Source: a virus (lineage: Duplodnaviria > Caudoviricetes). From it: 26,465 nucleotides of DNA. Numbering within the stretch: the stretch's first letter is position 1; each line of letters begins with the position of its first letter. Location of the stretch: the IMG/VR virus record IMGVR_UViG_3300043122_000036, positions 1-26,465 of that record. One strand, written 5' to 3'. The translations under genes were made by a program, and so were the position numbers. A model generated the notes under the pieces. That model had not been told where the DNA came from. It searched no databases and saw only the letters and a list, made by a program, of their open reading frames with translations. This document shows, piece after piece, positions 7,999 through 17,855 of this stretch.

Positions 7999-8361
7999 TC
8001 AGTATTCAAAGCTGACGTTTTGCGGCAGCGTTTCGTCAATGTCGATGTGAATGAATTTTTTGGCAGTATTAACGCCAATGCGTTTTATCCCATGTAAGTG
8101 CGCATGATGCTCAATAGCGTACCTGACGAGGCTGTCAGAATAGGCAATATCAACAGCCAACCCTCTTGTGTGTGCACTGTTTTGTTTGCCGCCAACCTTG
8201 GAATTATGAGCGACGCATCTAGCCCCGCTGGTGACAATGAACGGCACCCCTGCATCCTCTCGCATTTCAAATACAATGCATTTGAGCTTGTCGCTGATAT
8301 CCATTCCGCAGCCACAGCGACATTGGAACTCGTCACGTTTGAAATATTTGCTTTGCTTCAT
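7999..8361 (-). CDS. endolysin, peptidase M15A family Zn peptidase
   Basis: YFKRDEFQCRCGCG, TSGARC..HN..VGG, SAH..GLAVDI and FIHID. Confidence 0.9.
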   Translation of the reverse strand: MKQSKYFKRDEFQCRCGCGMDISDKLKCIVFEMREDAGVPFIVTSGARCVAHNSKVGGKQNSAHTRGLAVDIAYSDSLVRYAIEHHAHLHGIKRIGVNTAKKFIHIDIDETLPQNVSFEY

Positions 8362-8433
8362 ATTGTACCACCATATAACTCATTCGCCTTGTCGATCAGT
8401 CTCGGCAATAACCGCATGAATAACTCTTGTTTT

Positions 8434-10527
8434 TTATTTACCTATAACTTTAATGTAAAGGCTTACGTTTGTTGCTGAACATCTAACAGTGATGCCCGTA
8501 GTTGTTAGTCCGGTAACTGACCATGTACGACCAGTAATGCCAACTACATCTACGCTAGGCGACCATGCAGCTCTAGGGAATACAATGGGGAAATTAAACG
8601 TTTGATCAGTGTTTTCTGTGACGTTGTAGTTAACTAACATCCATTGCTCAAGAGTTCCATCCGAATTAAAACGATATCCATCGCTTCCATCTTGTGACCT
8701 TGGGTATTTTAAGTCAGAAAAGCTTGCAGAGCCAATAATCATATTAGTCCCATCAATCACGGCACTAGGAGCTACCACCCTCCATATTGACCCAGCAGAG
8801 TGTAGGTTTTTTAGGGAGATAATCCCAAATGCTCTTGGGGTTTCAACTCTGTTAATATTACCTGTTGCTCCACCGTTAATGACTTTAAAGTCAGACAAGT
8901 CCAAATTGTCGAATACCGGTGAAGTTGTATAAGGTTCTACGTCACCGTCTTGTGTAGCTTGAATTGAGATATCAGCCCAAGATGAGGCGCTAAGAGTTTG
9001 TGCTTCTCTATCGATAACACCTGAGATTTTAATGTTGTCGTACCGGTTAGTTGGAAGCCATCCAGTAGTACCACCTACCCCAGCAGTATTTTCTAGCCTG
9101 AACCCGCCAAGGGTTCTGTTTGCGTCAGATGTTTTAGTATATAGATTAATGTGAACATCACTGAATTTTGTGTCAGGGGCTACCCATTGGTAAGCAAGAC
9201 CAGACATGGCACGGTTTGATTGTGTTCCTGTGCTTCCCTCATCTACAATGTTGATTTTTACATTACTGCATCCGTCAGCGCGGCGGTCAGCATCTAATAC
9301 CGCATTTACAGTGACTGATGTTGTGAACAGTACAGAGATTGCGGCATACGTAAAACCATCATAAGTCACAGTTCCGCGCACGTTACTACACCCAGCAAAA
9401 TATGCTGCACGATGCTGTACATTGGATTTAATGTTAACTCTGATATCATCGGCGAGATACAAAGCGCATGGGTAGCCGACTGACTCAGCTACAATGTCTA
9501 AATCAAAATGAGAGCAGCCACCTTTTGACGGATCAGAATAACTCCCTGAGCGCACCCCGTAACGGACATTGCTCATTTTGTTTTTTACAAAAATCCCTTT
9601 GCAATTTTCCTCAAAGTATAGTGCAGATGAACCAGCATAGCCCAACCCAAAAGGTGACGGAGCAGCTATATTCGCTAATGGATTAGCGTCAAAATTAACT
9701 GTTACTACAATCATTCCGCACCTTACGAATTTTATTAAATCCGTGAGATAATCCTCTGAGTATGTAGAGACGTCTTTTACTGTTGCATTGGCGCCTGTGA
9801 TATACACGAATGGTTCATCAGTAAATGTTACAAGTGAAGCATTTCCTGTGATGGCTCCAAAATCCACCTCATAGACATCGTCATCAGGGAAGTGGACTTG
9901 GTTACTCAGTCCGCAAGCCGCAATAAATGCACCAGTTGAGTCAACCCCAGTTTTACCGCCTAGGTGTTTTACGTTGGCTACACCGTCAATTAGTTGATAA
10001 ACTGCGGTATTTCCATTTCCTGCATCCCGAATGTTATAGCCGTTAGCAGTGCCTCCACTAACAACATCAAATGGAGCATTATTCAGTTCAATGACGTAAA
10101 CTCGACCACCAACACTAACATCCCCAGCAGCCAATTGCGCTATGGTAACGTGTCGGCGGTATAAGTTAGTGTCGCCAGCATAAAGCACATCAGTCACATG
10201 CACCACCTGATAAGCTGGCTCGCTAGGCACAGTACCTGCTGTTGCTGTAAACGGAAGTGACCCGGTGTAAATCCATTGTGTGCCAACTGAATCAACCGCA
10301 AAATCAGTTTTCTTGGTAAACGTCACACCGTCAGCAAACTTTCCGACATACGACCAATCAATCCCATTAACAGTTGCTGGCAATGTCTTTTGTACTTGGC
10401 CTGTGACAGCGTTTGTTGCGTAATCAGAATCAACACCGTTGACCTTACCGGTGATAACCTCTGTGTGAAACGTGTCATGTTTTTTAGCGGCCTCTAAATC
10501 CGCAACTTTCAATAAGTCAGCCATCAT
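8434..10527 (-). CDS. tailspike/tail fibre, probable beta-helical polysaccharide depolymerase
   Basis: N-terminal anchor, then VANVKHLG...DSTGAF..A....VHFP (pectate-lyase-like beta-helix entry motif), V/I/N-rich body, and C-terminal DGTLEQW...FPIVF tail-fibre domain; more AT-rich than neighbours. Confidence 0.82.
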   Translation of the reverse strand: MMADLLKVADLEAAKKHDTFHTEVITGKVNGVDSDYATNAVTGQVQKTLPATVNGIDWSYVGKFADGVTFTKKTDFAVDSVGTQWIYTGSLPFTATAGTVPSEPAYQVVHVTDVLYAGDTNLYRRHVTIAQLAAGDVSVGGRVYVIELNNAPFDVVSGGTANGYNIRDAGNGNTAVYQLIDGVANVKHLGGKTGVDSTGAFIAACGLSNQVHFPDDDVYEVDFGAITGNASLVTFTDEPFVYITGANATVKDVSTYSEDYLTDLIKFVRCGMIVVTVNFDANPLANIAAPSPFGLGYAGSSALYFEENCKGIFVKNKMSNVRYGVRSGSYSDPSKGGCSHFDLDIVAESVGYPCALYLADDIRVNIKSNVQHRAAYFAGCSNVRGTVTYDGFTYAAISVLFTTSVTVNAVLDADRRADGCSNVKINIVDEGSTGTQSNRAMSGLAYQWVAPDTKFSDVHINLYTKTSDANRTLGGFRLENTAGVGGTTGWLPTNRYDNIKISGVIDREAQTLSASSWADISIQATQDGDVEPYTTSPVFDNLDLSDFKVINGGATGNINRVETPRAFGIISLKNLHSAGSIWRVVAPSAVIDGTNMIIGSASFSDLKYPRSQDGSDGYRFNSDGTLEQWMLVNYNVTENTDQTFNFPIVFPRAAWSPSVDVVGITGRTWSVTGLTTTGITVRCSATNVSLYIKVIGK

Positions 10528-10536
10528 AAGCCCCTA

Positions 10537-13062
10537 TTAGGTTGAATATCCATCACTATAACCGTTGCTATAAGCACCGCCAAGTGTGCCGCCATCGTAT
10601 AAGTAAATGTCTGGATGATAATTTTTACCTGTAATCTTAACACTTTTATCGTTTTGTGGGTCAATTGTTGAAGGAATAATCATCTGTGCCAAGTGTCTAG
10701 CCTCGTTCCCGAATGAAAATTCTGTCTTTAGCGCACTGTTACCAGTATAAATCGGCTCTGTCGGTGCGGATTGCATGATGACTTTTTTATCGTCTGCGCC
10801 AGGTAAAACCCTGATAGATTCAACAGTCCCATCTCTGCGTTTAAGTTGGATATAGTGGTCATCTCCTGCCGTGAAAAACACAGGCTGAGATAACTGCAAT
10901 GTTAACCCATCTTGCGCCACTACAAACCCATCATAAGACGCAATGCGAGAGCCTTTGACCACGCTAATCGGGTCGCCTTCAATGGCGTATATTCCCTCTT
11001 GTGTGGCAGTAAACTCACAATTGACGCGCTGCAATAGCTGCTTTTGTCTGATTCTGTGCGCCAGCCAGTAAGCTTGCTGGTAGTTGCGAACACCTTTGGA
11101 TTCGACCTTCTCCGCATCAATGCCACCAGTTTCAGGGATTTTTATGGTTTCGCGGATGTTGGTATCTGGGTCAATATAGCTAAACTCCACAGAATCCTTG
11201 GCTTTACTGCCAAAGTTGCGCGTCCATTTATCTGAGCCTATTTTTGACCTGTGCGTAAACACCATAGATGGCCCACTAACAGGCTTTTCAAACTTCAAGC
11301 GAATCTCGGTGCCGCTTTCTCGGTAAATCTCGCTAAACACCGCCTTGGCTATCGTCTGCGCTATCGTCTGCGCCGTTTCTTCCTTGTCGTCAAACGTGTA
11401 GCAGAATTGCCCGGCTTGAATATCGTTAAAGTATGTCTCAATGTCGTCTTGCACTTCTAGCAGTCTATCCATGCTGTCAGCAGACATGTCGATGTTGCCA
11501 ATAAGTGGATCACGCATCAGCCTTATCAGCGATTGCACCGCCTGAGTGTTGGGAGTTTTAACGCTATCAAAAACACCGTTCCCCAGGTATTTATGCAGCA
11601 TCTCAGTGGCAAGCACCTTGAGCTGTGGCTCTCTGATTGCTGTTGCCTGCGGCGTTGCCCTGCGCTTTGTATGGACGGTTGTCATATCACCATAATCAGG
11701 CGTAGTGTCGATGATTTGGCCATACAGGTCAGCAAACGTGAGCGCATCAGACACGCTGCCATCATAATCTTTGTCTAAATCGCTAGACCTGCGCACGCGC
11801 ACGCGCACGGCTGATTGCGTTGGCAAGTCAACTATCATTGAAATCCCAACCTGGTCGCGTGTTTTGTCGGACAACGTTTTGAATACGTCATAGACCAGGC
11901 CAATCGGATTGCCGCTATCATCGACAAATTGCCACTGTAGCTGCGCCGTGACATCTGATGTGTTAAGCGCCGACTTGCCGCTATTGATGCGGTACATGCC
12001 CTGTCTTGCGATAATATTGGCCACTATTCGTTTTGGCTTGATAGTGCTAATTGTCGTCCAATCTGTGAATCCGACCTCTGCGCTGTCTGCTGGTGATATT
12101 GTGGCGCTGTTATTGGCGTCCATTGGCGCGTTGCCACCTGCTATCTGCTGCCACTGAGTAAGATTGCCGGAAACGTCAAGGCTAATGTCAGTTGTGGAGA
12201 CCGCCAAAACCTCATAAGTGCCATCCAAAACAGCAGTACCAGATTTCACCGATGTTAGCTTTACGCTTTGGCCAACGGTGAATAGGTCGTCAAACTTCAT
12301 TGAGCCGGTAGCCTCAACCAGCGCACCGACTGAGCCATTCAGCTGGCAAGTTACAGTAGCGTCAATCAGGTTTAGGTCATATTCGTTAGGCGCGCGCAGC
12401 TCTAGGCCGTCTACTGAGTTTGAGCGGATTGTTATGAATAGCGGTTCATCAATCGGGTCGCCTATTTGCAGATAAGGCAATCCATTATTCGGAGTCGTAA
12501 ACGGCTTGTAAAATGCAGCGCTTGAGCCTGACACAGTGCTATAAAGCGTGTCTCCGTCTAAAACCCCGCTTTCTGGCGTGTCCACTTCACCGCGCGAAAC
12601 GTAGTAATATCCATACTGAAACTGCTTATGGCTCAACTCGTCATAGATGTTGTATGACTGCATCAGGTCGCTAGGTATTGATTGCACAGTGCCGCAAATA
12701 TCCCACACTCGATCGTATGCCCTTGGCTTGTTTGCTCGGTCACTGAGCGAGTTGTTTGCGCTGGCCGCCTGCTGGTTTGTTTTGGGTATCTCTGGAGTTG
12801 GGACTAAAAAACTAAATAATTTTTTTATTGGTTTAAATATAGCATCAGCAACCCCACCCCCTGCACCTTCGATAATGTGAAACTCGCCATCCTTGAGCAT
12901 CGCTTCAACGTCTTGACTAATATCAATGCCGCCAACAAAACAGCGAAACGGTACCCCGTCAGGAATATTATCAACAACAAATTCAGCAGGGCTTTCGCAA
13001 TAGCTGGTTTTTTTGTCGTATTCGCCATTTGCTAAACGTCTGTAGTGATTAATTAGCGCCAA
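10537..13062 (-). CDS. central tail tip / host-specificity protein (lambda J-like)
   Basis: Probable TTG start at 13062 (LALINHY) after GAGGA, overlapping the NlpC gene stop; follows the L- and K-like genes; about 840 aa. Confidence 0.85.
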   Translation of the reverse strand: MALINHYRRLANGEYDKKTSYCESPAEFVVDNIPDGVPFRCFVGGIDISQDVEAMLKDGEFHIIEGAGGGVADAIFKPIKKLFSFLVPTPEIPKTNQQAASANNSLSDRANKPRAYDRVWDICGTVQSIPSDLMQSYNIYDELSHKQFQYGYYYVSRGEVDTPESGVLDGDTLYSTVSGSSAAFYKPFTTPNNGLPYLQIGDPIDEPLFITIRSNSVDGLELRAPNEYDLNLIDATVTCQLNGSVGALVEATGSMKFDDLFTVGQSVKLTSVKSGTAVLDGTYEVLAVSTTDISLDVSGNLTQWQQIAGGNAPMDANNSATISPADSAEVGFTDWTTISTIKPKRIVANIIARQGMYRINSGKSALNTSDVTAQLQWQFVDDSGNPIGLVYDVFKTLSDKTRDQVGISMIVDLPTQSAVRVRVRRSSDLDKDYDGSVSDALTFADLYGQIIDTTPDYGDMTTVHTKRRATPQATAIREPQLKVLATEMLHKYLGNGVFDSVKTPNTQAVQSLIRLMRDPLIGNIDMSADSMDRLLEVQDDIETYFNDIQAGQFCYTFDDKEETAQTIAQTIAKAVFSEIYRESGTEIRLKFEKPVSGPSMVFTHRSKIGSDKWTRNFGSKAKDSVEFSYIDPDTNIRETIKIPETGGIDAEKVESKGVRNYQQAYWLAHRIRQKQLLQRVNCEFTATQEGIYAIEGDPISVVKGSRIASYDGFVVAQDGLTLQLSQPVFFTAGDDHYIQLKRRDGTVESIRVLPGADDKKVIMQSAPTEPIYTGNSALKTEFSFGNEARHLAQMIIPSTIDPQNDKSVKITGKNYHPDIYLYDGGTLGGAYSNGYSDGYST

Positions 13063-13409
13063 AACTCTATCCTCTCGCAAACCCGTTGCAATGATTCTAG
13101 CGAATCTAAGCGAACTTGTCGCGCGTTGCGGTCGCAGTGGCTTACATCGCCGTCGAGGTAAACGCCTGAGTGCCAACGGCCATCGCTCAGCATTAACACA
13201 GCGCAAAGGTCATCTGGTTCGCTTGATTGCTCTAGTCCCTTCGTGTTGCTGTGAGCCGCCTCGAAAGTCTCATTTGACAGCTCTGGAGACGTGCAATCGA
13301 AATCAGGGGTGTCTAGACCAAAGTCTTTACGCACGTTTATGACATGGTGCCAACAGTTTCTTGTTTCGAAGCAGTAGGCTAGGCCGGTATATTCAGATAG
13401 CGGATTCAT
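13053..13409 (-). CDS. tail tip assembly protein, NlpC/P60 family
   Basis: NCWHHV (catalytic Cys) and WHSGVY (His); start ATG 13409 overlaps the upstream stop. Confidence 0.8.
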   Translation of the reverse strand: MNPLSEYTGLAYCFETRNCWHHVINVRKDFGLDTPDFDCTSPELSNETFEAAHSNTKGLEQSSEPDDLCAVLMLSDGRWHSGVYLDGDVSHCDRNARQVRLDSLESLQRVCERIEFWR

Positions 13410-13924
13410 GCCAAAAGCCCTCGAATCAGCGGGCACAGGTCTGGAGTCAATATCAAGCCGGTGCCGCGGCTGTTCAGCTTTGGTGATGACACCTCAGCCG
13501 TGAACGTGCCTTTGCCCTGGTTAATGTCCTGCGCTTCATACTCAATTGGTCCAATTGCTGGATAGCTCAAATCTGTAGGCAAATACTCGCGATAAATCAA
13601 AGTCGGCAATATGGTGCTATCAAGCGGTATCAAATCAAGCTCAGCGTCAAGCGTGTTATCAACGTCAGCAGCCGTAAGCGTTGCTGACTGATTCATGTCT
13701 GCATTGTTGGCCGCATTCTTAGTGCTGATTTTTGCCGCTGTGAATGTTACCTGTGTCGTGCCATCTTCTAGGTAGGCAGTTAAATCCACCATGTCGTTAA
13801 CCAGATAATAACGCTTCGACATTAGCGGATGATAGATTTCCCAAGTTTTTAGCGGCTCGTCTACGCCTTCTGGATTTGACGCCAGCTTTAAGCGATAGGC
13901 TTCCGCGACTGATTGTTGTGTCAT
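13406..13924 (-). CDS. minor tail protein (L-like / DUF1833-like)
   Basis: EIYHP...YYLVND and IYREYLPTDLSYP; position between the Dit-like and NlpC genes. Confidence 0.75.
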   Translation of the reverse strand: MTQQSVAEAYRLKLASNPEGVDEPLKTWEIYHPLMSKRYYLVNDMVDLTAYLEDGTTQVTFTAAKISTKNAANNADMNQSATLTAADVDNTLDAELDLIPLDSTILPTLIYREYLPTDLSYPAIGPIEYEAQDINQGKGTFTAEVSSPKLNSRGTGLILTPDLCPLIRGLLA

Positions 13925-13932
13925 ATCATCAC

Positions 13933-14421
13933 CTACAAGTCGTTAATAAAATCAGGAGTAGTGCAATAAATGGCGTAGTAATCAAGAAACGCTGGCAGTG
14001 TTTCGCCGTATTGATCGTATAGGTCAACCAGCGAATCACCAAACTCTGTTGGGTCTTGAATGCTAGTGCGCTCTGCTGTGGCAGTGAACGACACGTAATA
14101 ATAAACATCGGTTTGCGTGGTGATGTTAACATTAGTTGTCATTTGAACTAAATGCTCTTCAATGCCGTTTCCGCTGTCTAAGTCCATCAGAAACCGGTCA
14201 GCACCGCCGCTAATGCGATTCAGGAAGTTTTGAAAAACCTGCAAGCCAAGCTTTGACACAACCAAGTTGACTTGAATCGGCACTGGCTCATAAAACGTAT
14301 CACGTGCTTGCCGTGGAGAGCCACCCTGCACCTGCGACCTGAAAACATTGCTGCCGCGGGAATAGCTGTATCCACGGTTAACGACTGGCTTTAGTGTTGA
14401 AGGGAATTTGAAATCGCTCAT
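13933..14421 (-). CDS. distal tail protein (M/Dit-like)
   Basis: Immediately after the tape measure; RSQVQGGSPRQ and FLMDLDSGNG. Confidence 0.72.
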   Translation of the reverse strand: MSDFKFPSTLKPVVNRGYSYSRGSNVFRSQVQGGSPRQARDTFYEPVPIQVNLVVSKLGLQVFQNFLNRISGGADRFLMDLDSGNGIEEHLVQMTTNVNITTQTDVYYYVSFTATAERTSIQDPTEFGDSLVDLYDQYGETLPAFLDYYAIYCTTPDFINDL

Positions 14422-14422
14422 A

Positions 14423-16537
14423 TTAAGCCCTCAAAGACTTTGAAAACATAGAATCAGGGTCTAGCGCCCTATCACTCATAAACTCTTCAATACGCAGCAA
14501 CCAAGAGCCGTCATCTTGTTGCTCCATGCTTGTGTTATCAACTCTGCCGCTGGTCTGATTCAAAATTGTGATGTTAGGGGCTTGATTCGTTTGATTCTGC
14601 CCCATAATGTCACGCATTTGTGCAGCAGTGCGAGCACGTGATGAGCCTGAAGGGACGATAACCTCTGCCTTTCCGCGCTCAGCCATTTGGTAAGCGCTGC
14701 CGCCAATCATTGTGCCGCCTTGCTCCCTTGCTGAGCGAATCGCTGCAACGTTGGCCATACCTGCCACTATTGCGGCACCAGCAGCGGCAGCGCCAAGAAC
14801 AGGGCCAACATATGGGATGCTGGCCATTGCTGAATAAGCGCCAGTGGCTGCTTGATAAGTGTTAATGATAGCTGATGTTATTGCAGACGCTTTATAGATA
14901 GATGATTGCTCGCCAAGGCTTGATTTTAAGTCCTGCGTCATTTGTCTCTGCGCCGTGATACCATCATCAATCTGTTTTTCTTTTTGTTCAGCTTGAGCCT
15001 TAGTGGCTGCAATCTCAGCCTTGCGTTGTTCGTCTCTGTTCTTTGACTCAATATCCAAATATTTGTTTTGCAGCTCTGCGCGTTGTATTACTGCGTTGGT
15101 CTGTATCTCAGTTAGCGCATCTTGATACTGCTGCTCACTGATTAAAGCCGCGTTTTTGTACTCAAGCAGTTTTGCCTGCTTTGCTGCCTCCTGAGCGTCA
15201 ATCAGTTCCATTTCGTTAAGGTTTGCTTGCCTTAGCTGCTCAAGATATGCTTCTGCTTGTTTTTGCTGTGCGGCAGTGCCGCCACCACCTACGTCAGTGC
15301 CGCCACCAGCAGGCGCAACGCTGAACTGTGACAAATCAATGCTTGTATTGTCATTGTCGTAAGCATTTCTGAGTTCGTTTGCTTTTGCAATCTCGTCTTG
15401 CAACTTGCTAATGCGCTTGTCTCGCTCGGCAAGAAACACTGAGTTTGTATCAATAACGTTTTTATCAATCGTGTCGAATTGGTTTTGATACTTAGCCCTG
15501 AACTCGTCAATCGTTAGCAGCCAGTTCTCTGGCTTTAGCGCCTCAGCCCAAACTTTCGTTTTATCAATGAATCCTGCCACTTCGACAGTTGCGACCTGCA
15601 CTATTGCGCGAATATTTGCGGGGAATTGCCAGAAAGCATCTGACATAAGTCTTGATGATTCGTTGGCACTTAGCCCAAAGTCCATCAGTTTTTGATTAAT
15701 GAAAATGCTCGCATCATTAACAGCGGCTTTAATGTCTTTGGTTGTTTCTTCCCATTGATTGCCCCACGCCATGATAAGGCCAAGCGCTTGCCCGGATGAA
15801 ATGGCCGCCGATAGCTCATTAACAGCCTTGGTTGCAGAGATAACTTGGTCTTGAATGATGCCGCCAGCGCCTTGACTTGAAATAGCCCTAAACAGCCCGT
15901 CCCAAGAATCTGAAAGATTACTAATAGCTCCGTCAAGTGTTGCCATGCGGTTTGACATTGCGCCAGCAAAGTTATTCTCACCAATTCCCTGCAAGTAGCC
16001 CTCAATCGCAGCAGAGTTTTTGGCGACCGTTGTCGTGACGCCTTGGAATGTAAAGGATACCTGGTCACCTTGTTGCTTGGCCTTGATGCCAAATTCTTTT
16101 AGGCGCTCAAATTCAAACGTGGTCGCATCAGCTACAGCCTCAATCATTTGATTCAGGTCTTTACCCATTGCTGCCGCTGTATTGCCGTAAGCCGTAAGCG
16201 CCTTTTGGCTTGGGGTAAGTCCAAGCGATACCAGCTTAGTAAATGCTGTTACTGATTGATCTAGCGCGTATGGAGTGGATGCCGCGAATTTTGAAAGCTC
16301 ACCGAATGCAGCGTTGGCATTTTCCATGCTGCCAGTCATCGTGACTAAGCTGGCCTTGAGTACATCAGTTTGACGAGAAACGGTTACCAACTTACTAAGC
16401 GCTGCGCCAGCAGAAGCAAGCCCTGTGATCGCACCTGTGGCTTTTACTGCTGCTCCAGTTAGCGAGCTTAGCCCCGTGGCAGTAGATGAAACCCCTTCAC
16501 CCTTAACCCGAACAATTAGGCTTGCAATATCGGCCAT
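14423..16537 (-). CDS. tape measure protein
   Basis: 704 aa, Ala-rich and helical; FERLKEFGIKA and GAISNLSDSWD; follows the tail chaperones. Confidence 0.93.
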   Translation of the reverse strand: MADIASLIVRVKGEGVSSTATGLSSLTGAAVKATGAITGLASAGAALSKLVTVSRQTDVLKASLVTMTGSMENANAAFGELSKFAASTPYALDQSVTAFTKLVSLGLTPSQKALTAYGNTAAAMGKDLNQMIEAVADATTFEFERLKEFGIKAKQQGDQVSFTFQGVTTTVAKNSAAIEGYLQGIGENNFAGAMSNRMATLDGAISNLSDSWDGLFRAISSQGAGGIIQDQVISATKAVNELSAAISSGQALGLIMAWGNQWEETTKDIKAAVNDASIFINQKLMDFGLSANESSRLMSDAFWQFPANIRAIVQVATVEVAGFIDKTKVWAEALKPENWLLTIDEFRAKYQNQFDTIDKNVIDTNSVFLAERDKRISKLQDEIAKANELRNAYDNDNTSIDLSQFSVAPAGGGTDVGGGGTAAQQKQAEAYLEQLRQANLNEMELIDAQEAAKQAKLLEYKNAALISEQQYQDALTEIQTNAVIQRAELQNKYLDIESKNRDEQRKAEIAATKAQAEQKEKQIDDGITAQRQMTQDLKSSLGEQSSIYKASAITSAIINTYQAATGAYSAMASIPYVGPVLGAAAAGAAIVAGMANVAAIRSAREQGGTMIGGSAYQMAERGKAEVIVPSGSSRARTAAQMRDIMGQNQTNQAPNITILNQTSGRVDNTSMEQQDDGSWLLRIEEFMSDRALDPDSMFSKSLRA

Positions 16538-16905
16538 TTATTTCACCTCTCTCATCTCAAATATTGCATCAATATCCATAATTGTCTCGATTTCGCTTGA
16601 TGTCGGTTGCCAGTTAACTAAGCGCGAATAGCTCTCAATTTCTGCGTAACTAAGCGCCGCTCTTGACACTAATGTTACCACATCAGCGCCATAGCAAACA
16701 CCAAACCGCAATCTCTTGTAGTGGCCGTACAAAAGCGCCATATCCTCTGGAAAGTCTGGCGATTGTCTTTGCTGCTGCTCTGGGGGTTTTTCGATTACCC
16801 CCATCGCTACAAGAGCCTCGTTATGCGCATCACTTATTGCGTCAAACTTAGATAGATTCTGTTTCTCGCCCCACTCCCACGCGCAATATTCAAGCAGGGC
16901 TTTTA
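16538..16905 (-). CDS. tail assembly chaperone GT extension (reached by -1 frameshift)
   Basis: The -1 frame is open from the slippery site (VKALLEYCAWEWGEKQ...) into the 16538-16804 ORF. Confidence 0.82.
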
Positions 16906-17325
16906 CTTTTTTTGGTGTTCACCGAGCGCTTTGTAAAACTCATCGCGTATTTGCAGCGTTAACGATGGCATGACGTCAAGCAACTGAGACAACGTATCTG
17001 CGCTAAACTCATCATCAAAATCCCAGCCATCGACCAATTCAATCGCAAATGCTTTGTGAAGCTTTAGCACTTCGATGCCATGTTTAACGTTGTACTCGCC
17101 AAAATCCTTGGCAGCTTCGCACTCGTCTTTGAGTGCTTCGTTGTCTTTTTCGAATCGTTCATCAAATAGCTTTAGCAACCGATGGTAGCGGGTAAGCGCT
17201 AGGCTTGTATCATCAGAGCCAACTGCTTTCAGCGTTAAGTGATTTCCGCTTGGCTCATCACCGACCATCACCGGCACTTTGCGGCCATTGCTTTCTGCTT
17301 GCTTCAATAAATCTGCTAATTTCAC
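16903..17325 (-). CDS. tail assembly chaperone (lambda G-like)
   Basis: GTG start with SD GGAG; LVDGWDFDDEFS motif; ends CAA AAA AAG TAA. Confidence 0.82.
   Translation of the reverse strand: MKLADLLKQAESNGRKVPVMVGDEPSGNHLTLKAVGSDDTSLALTRYHRLLKLFDERFEKDNEALKDECEAAKDFGEYNVKHGIEVLKLHKAFAIELVDGWDFDDEFSADTLSQLLDVMPSLTLQIRDEFYKALGEHQKK
16906..16912 (-). other. programmed -1 frameshift slippery heptamer A AAA AAG
   Basis: X XXY YYZ heptamer directly before the G stop; the -1 frame is open to 16538. Confidence 0.85.
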
Positions 17326-17395
17326 GTTGTCGTCTCCATGTTGTTGACTGTAACAGTGTAGCTATAAGCATCAGCAAATTGAATTTAAATAAATG

Positions 17396-17423
17396 TTGAC
17401 AGCAGCAAATGATGAGCTAGAAT
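17396..17423 (+). promoter_or_regulatory. sigma70-type promoter of the inverted moron
   Basis: TTGACA(17396-17401)-16-TAGAAT(17418-17423); AT-rich upstream. Confidence 0.72.
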
Positions 17424-17462
17424 GATGTCAATTAATGTTGATAACCAAAAAGGAACCACAAA

Positions 17463-17855
17463 ATGAACGCAGCACAAAAACACGCCCAAGAAATCCTGCC
17501 GCTAGTCACGGCGCAGGCCAATGGTGAAGTTATTCAGCAGTACGTTGATTCTAATGGCTGGATTGATTGCACAGACCCAGTCGCATTTGTTCATGGCTGC
17601 AAGTACCGCATCAAGCCGCGCACGATTATTGTTAACGGGTTTGAAGTGCCGGAGCCGATGCGTGAACGACCTAGAGATGGTGATACCTACTTCTGCCCTC
17701 ATGCATCATCAATTGACATGTACGGATTTGCAGACTGGGAAGAGTGCGCTGTGGATTTGGTGCGCCTAAAAAGAGGCCTCTGCCACTCAACCAAAGAAGC
17801 AGCCATTGCACACGCTAAGGCGATGTTGGGGATTTGTCCTAAGGATGGTGAGTGA
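17463..17855 (+). CDS. hypothetical protein (inverted moron), 130 aa
   Basis: SD AAGGA and own promoter; GEVIQ...W.D...YRIKP and GLCHSTKEAAIAHAKAM segments resemble common phage accessory proteins. Confidence 0.8.
   Translation: MNAAQKHAQEILPLVTAQANGEVIQQYVDSNGWIDCTDPVAFVHGCKYRIKPRTIIVNGFEVPEPMRERPRDGDTYFCPHASSIDMYGFADWEECAVDLVRLKRGLCHSTKEAAIAHAKAMLGICPKDGE

Noticed and set aside
11348-11372. 12-bp tandem repeat GCTATCGTCTGC x2
   Set aside because: In-frame coding repeat (AQTIAQTIA); no sign of an array.
11791-11808. GCGCAC x3 microrepeat
   Set aside because: Encodes VRVRVR, a normal beta strand in the J-like protein.
13063-13206. 5' extension of the J-like ORF
   Set aside because: Overlaps the NlpC/P60 gene; a TTG start at 13062 with SD is more plausible.
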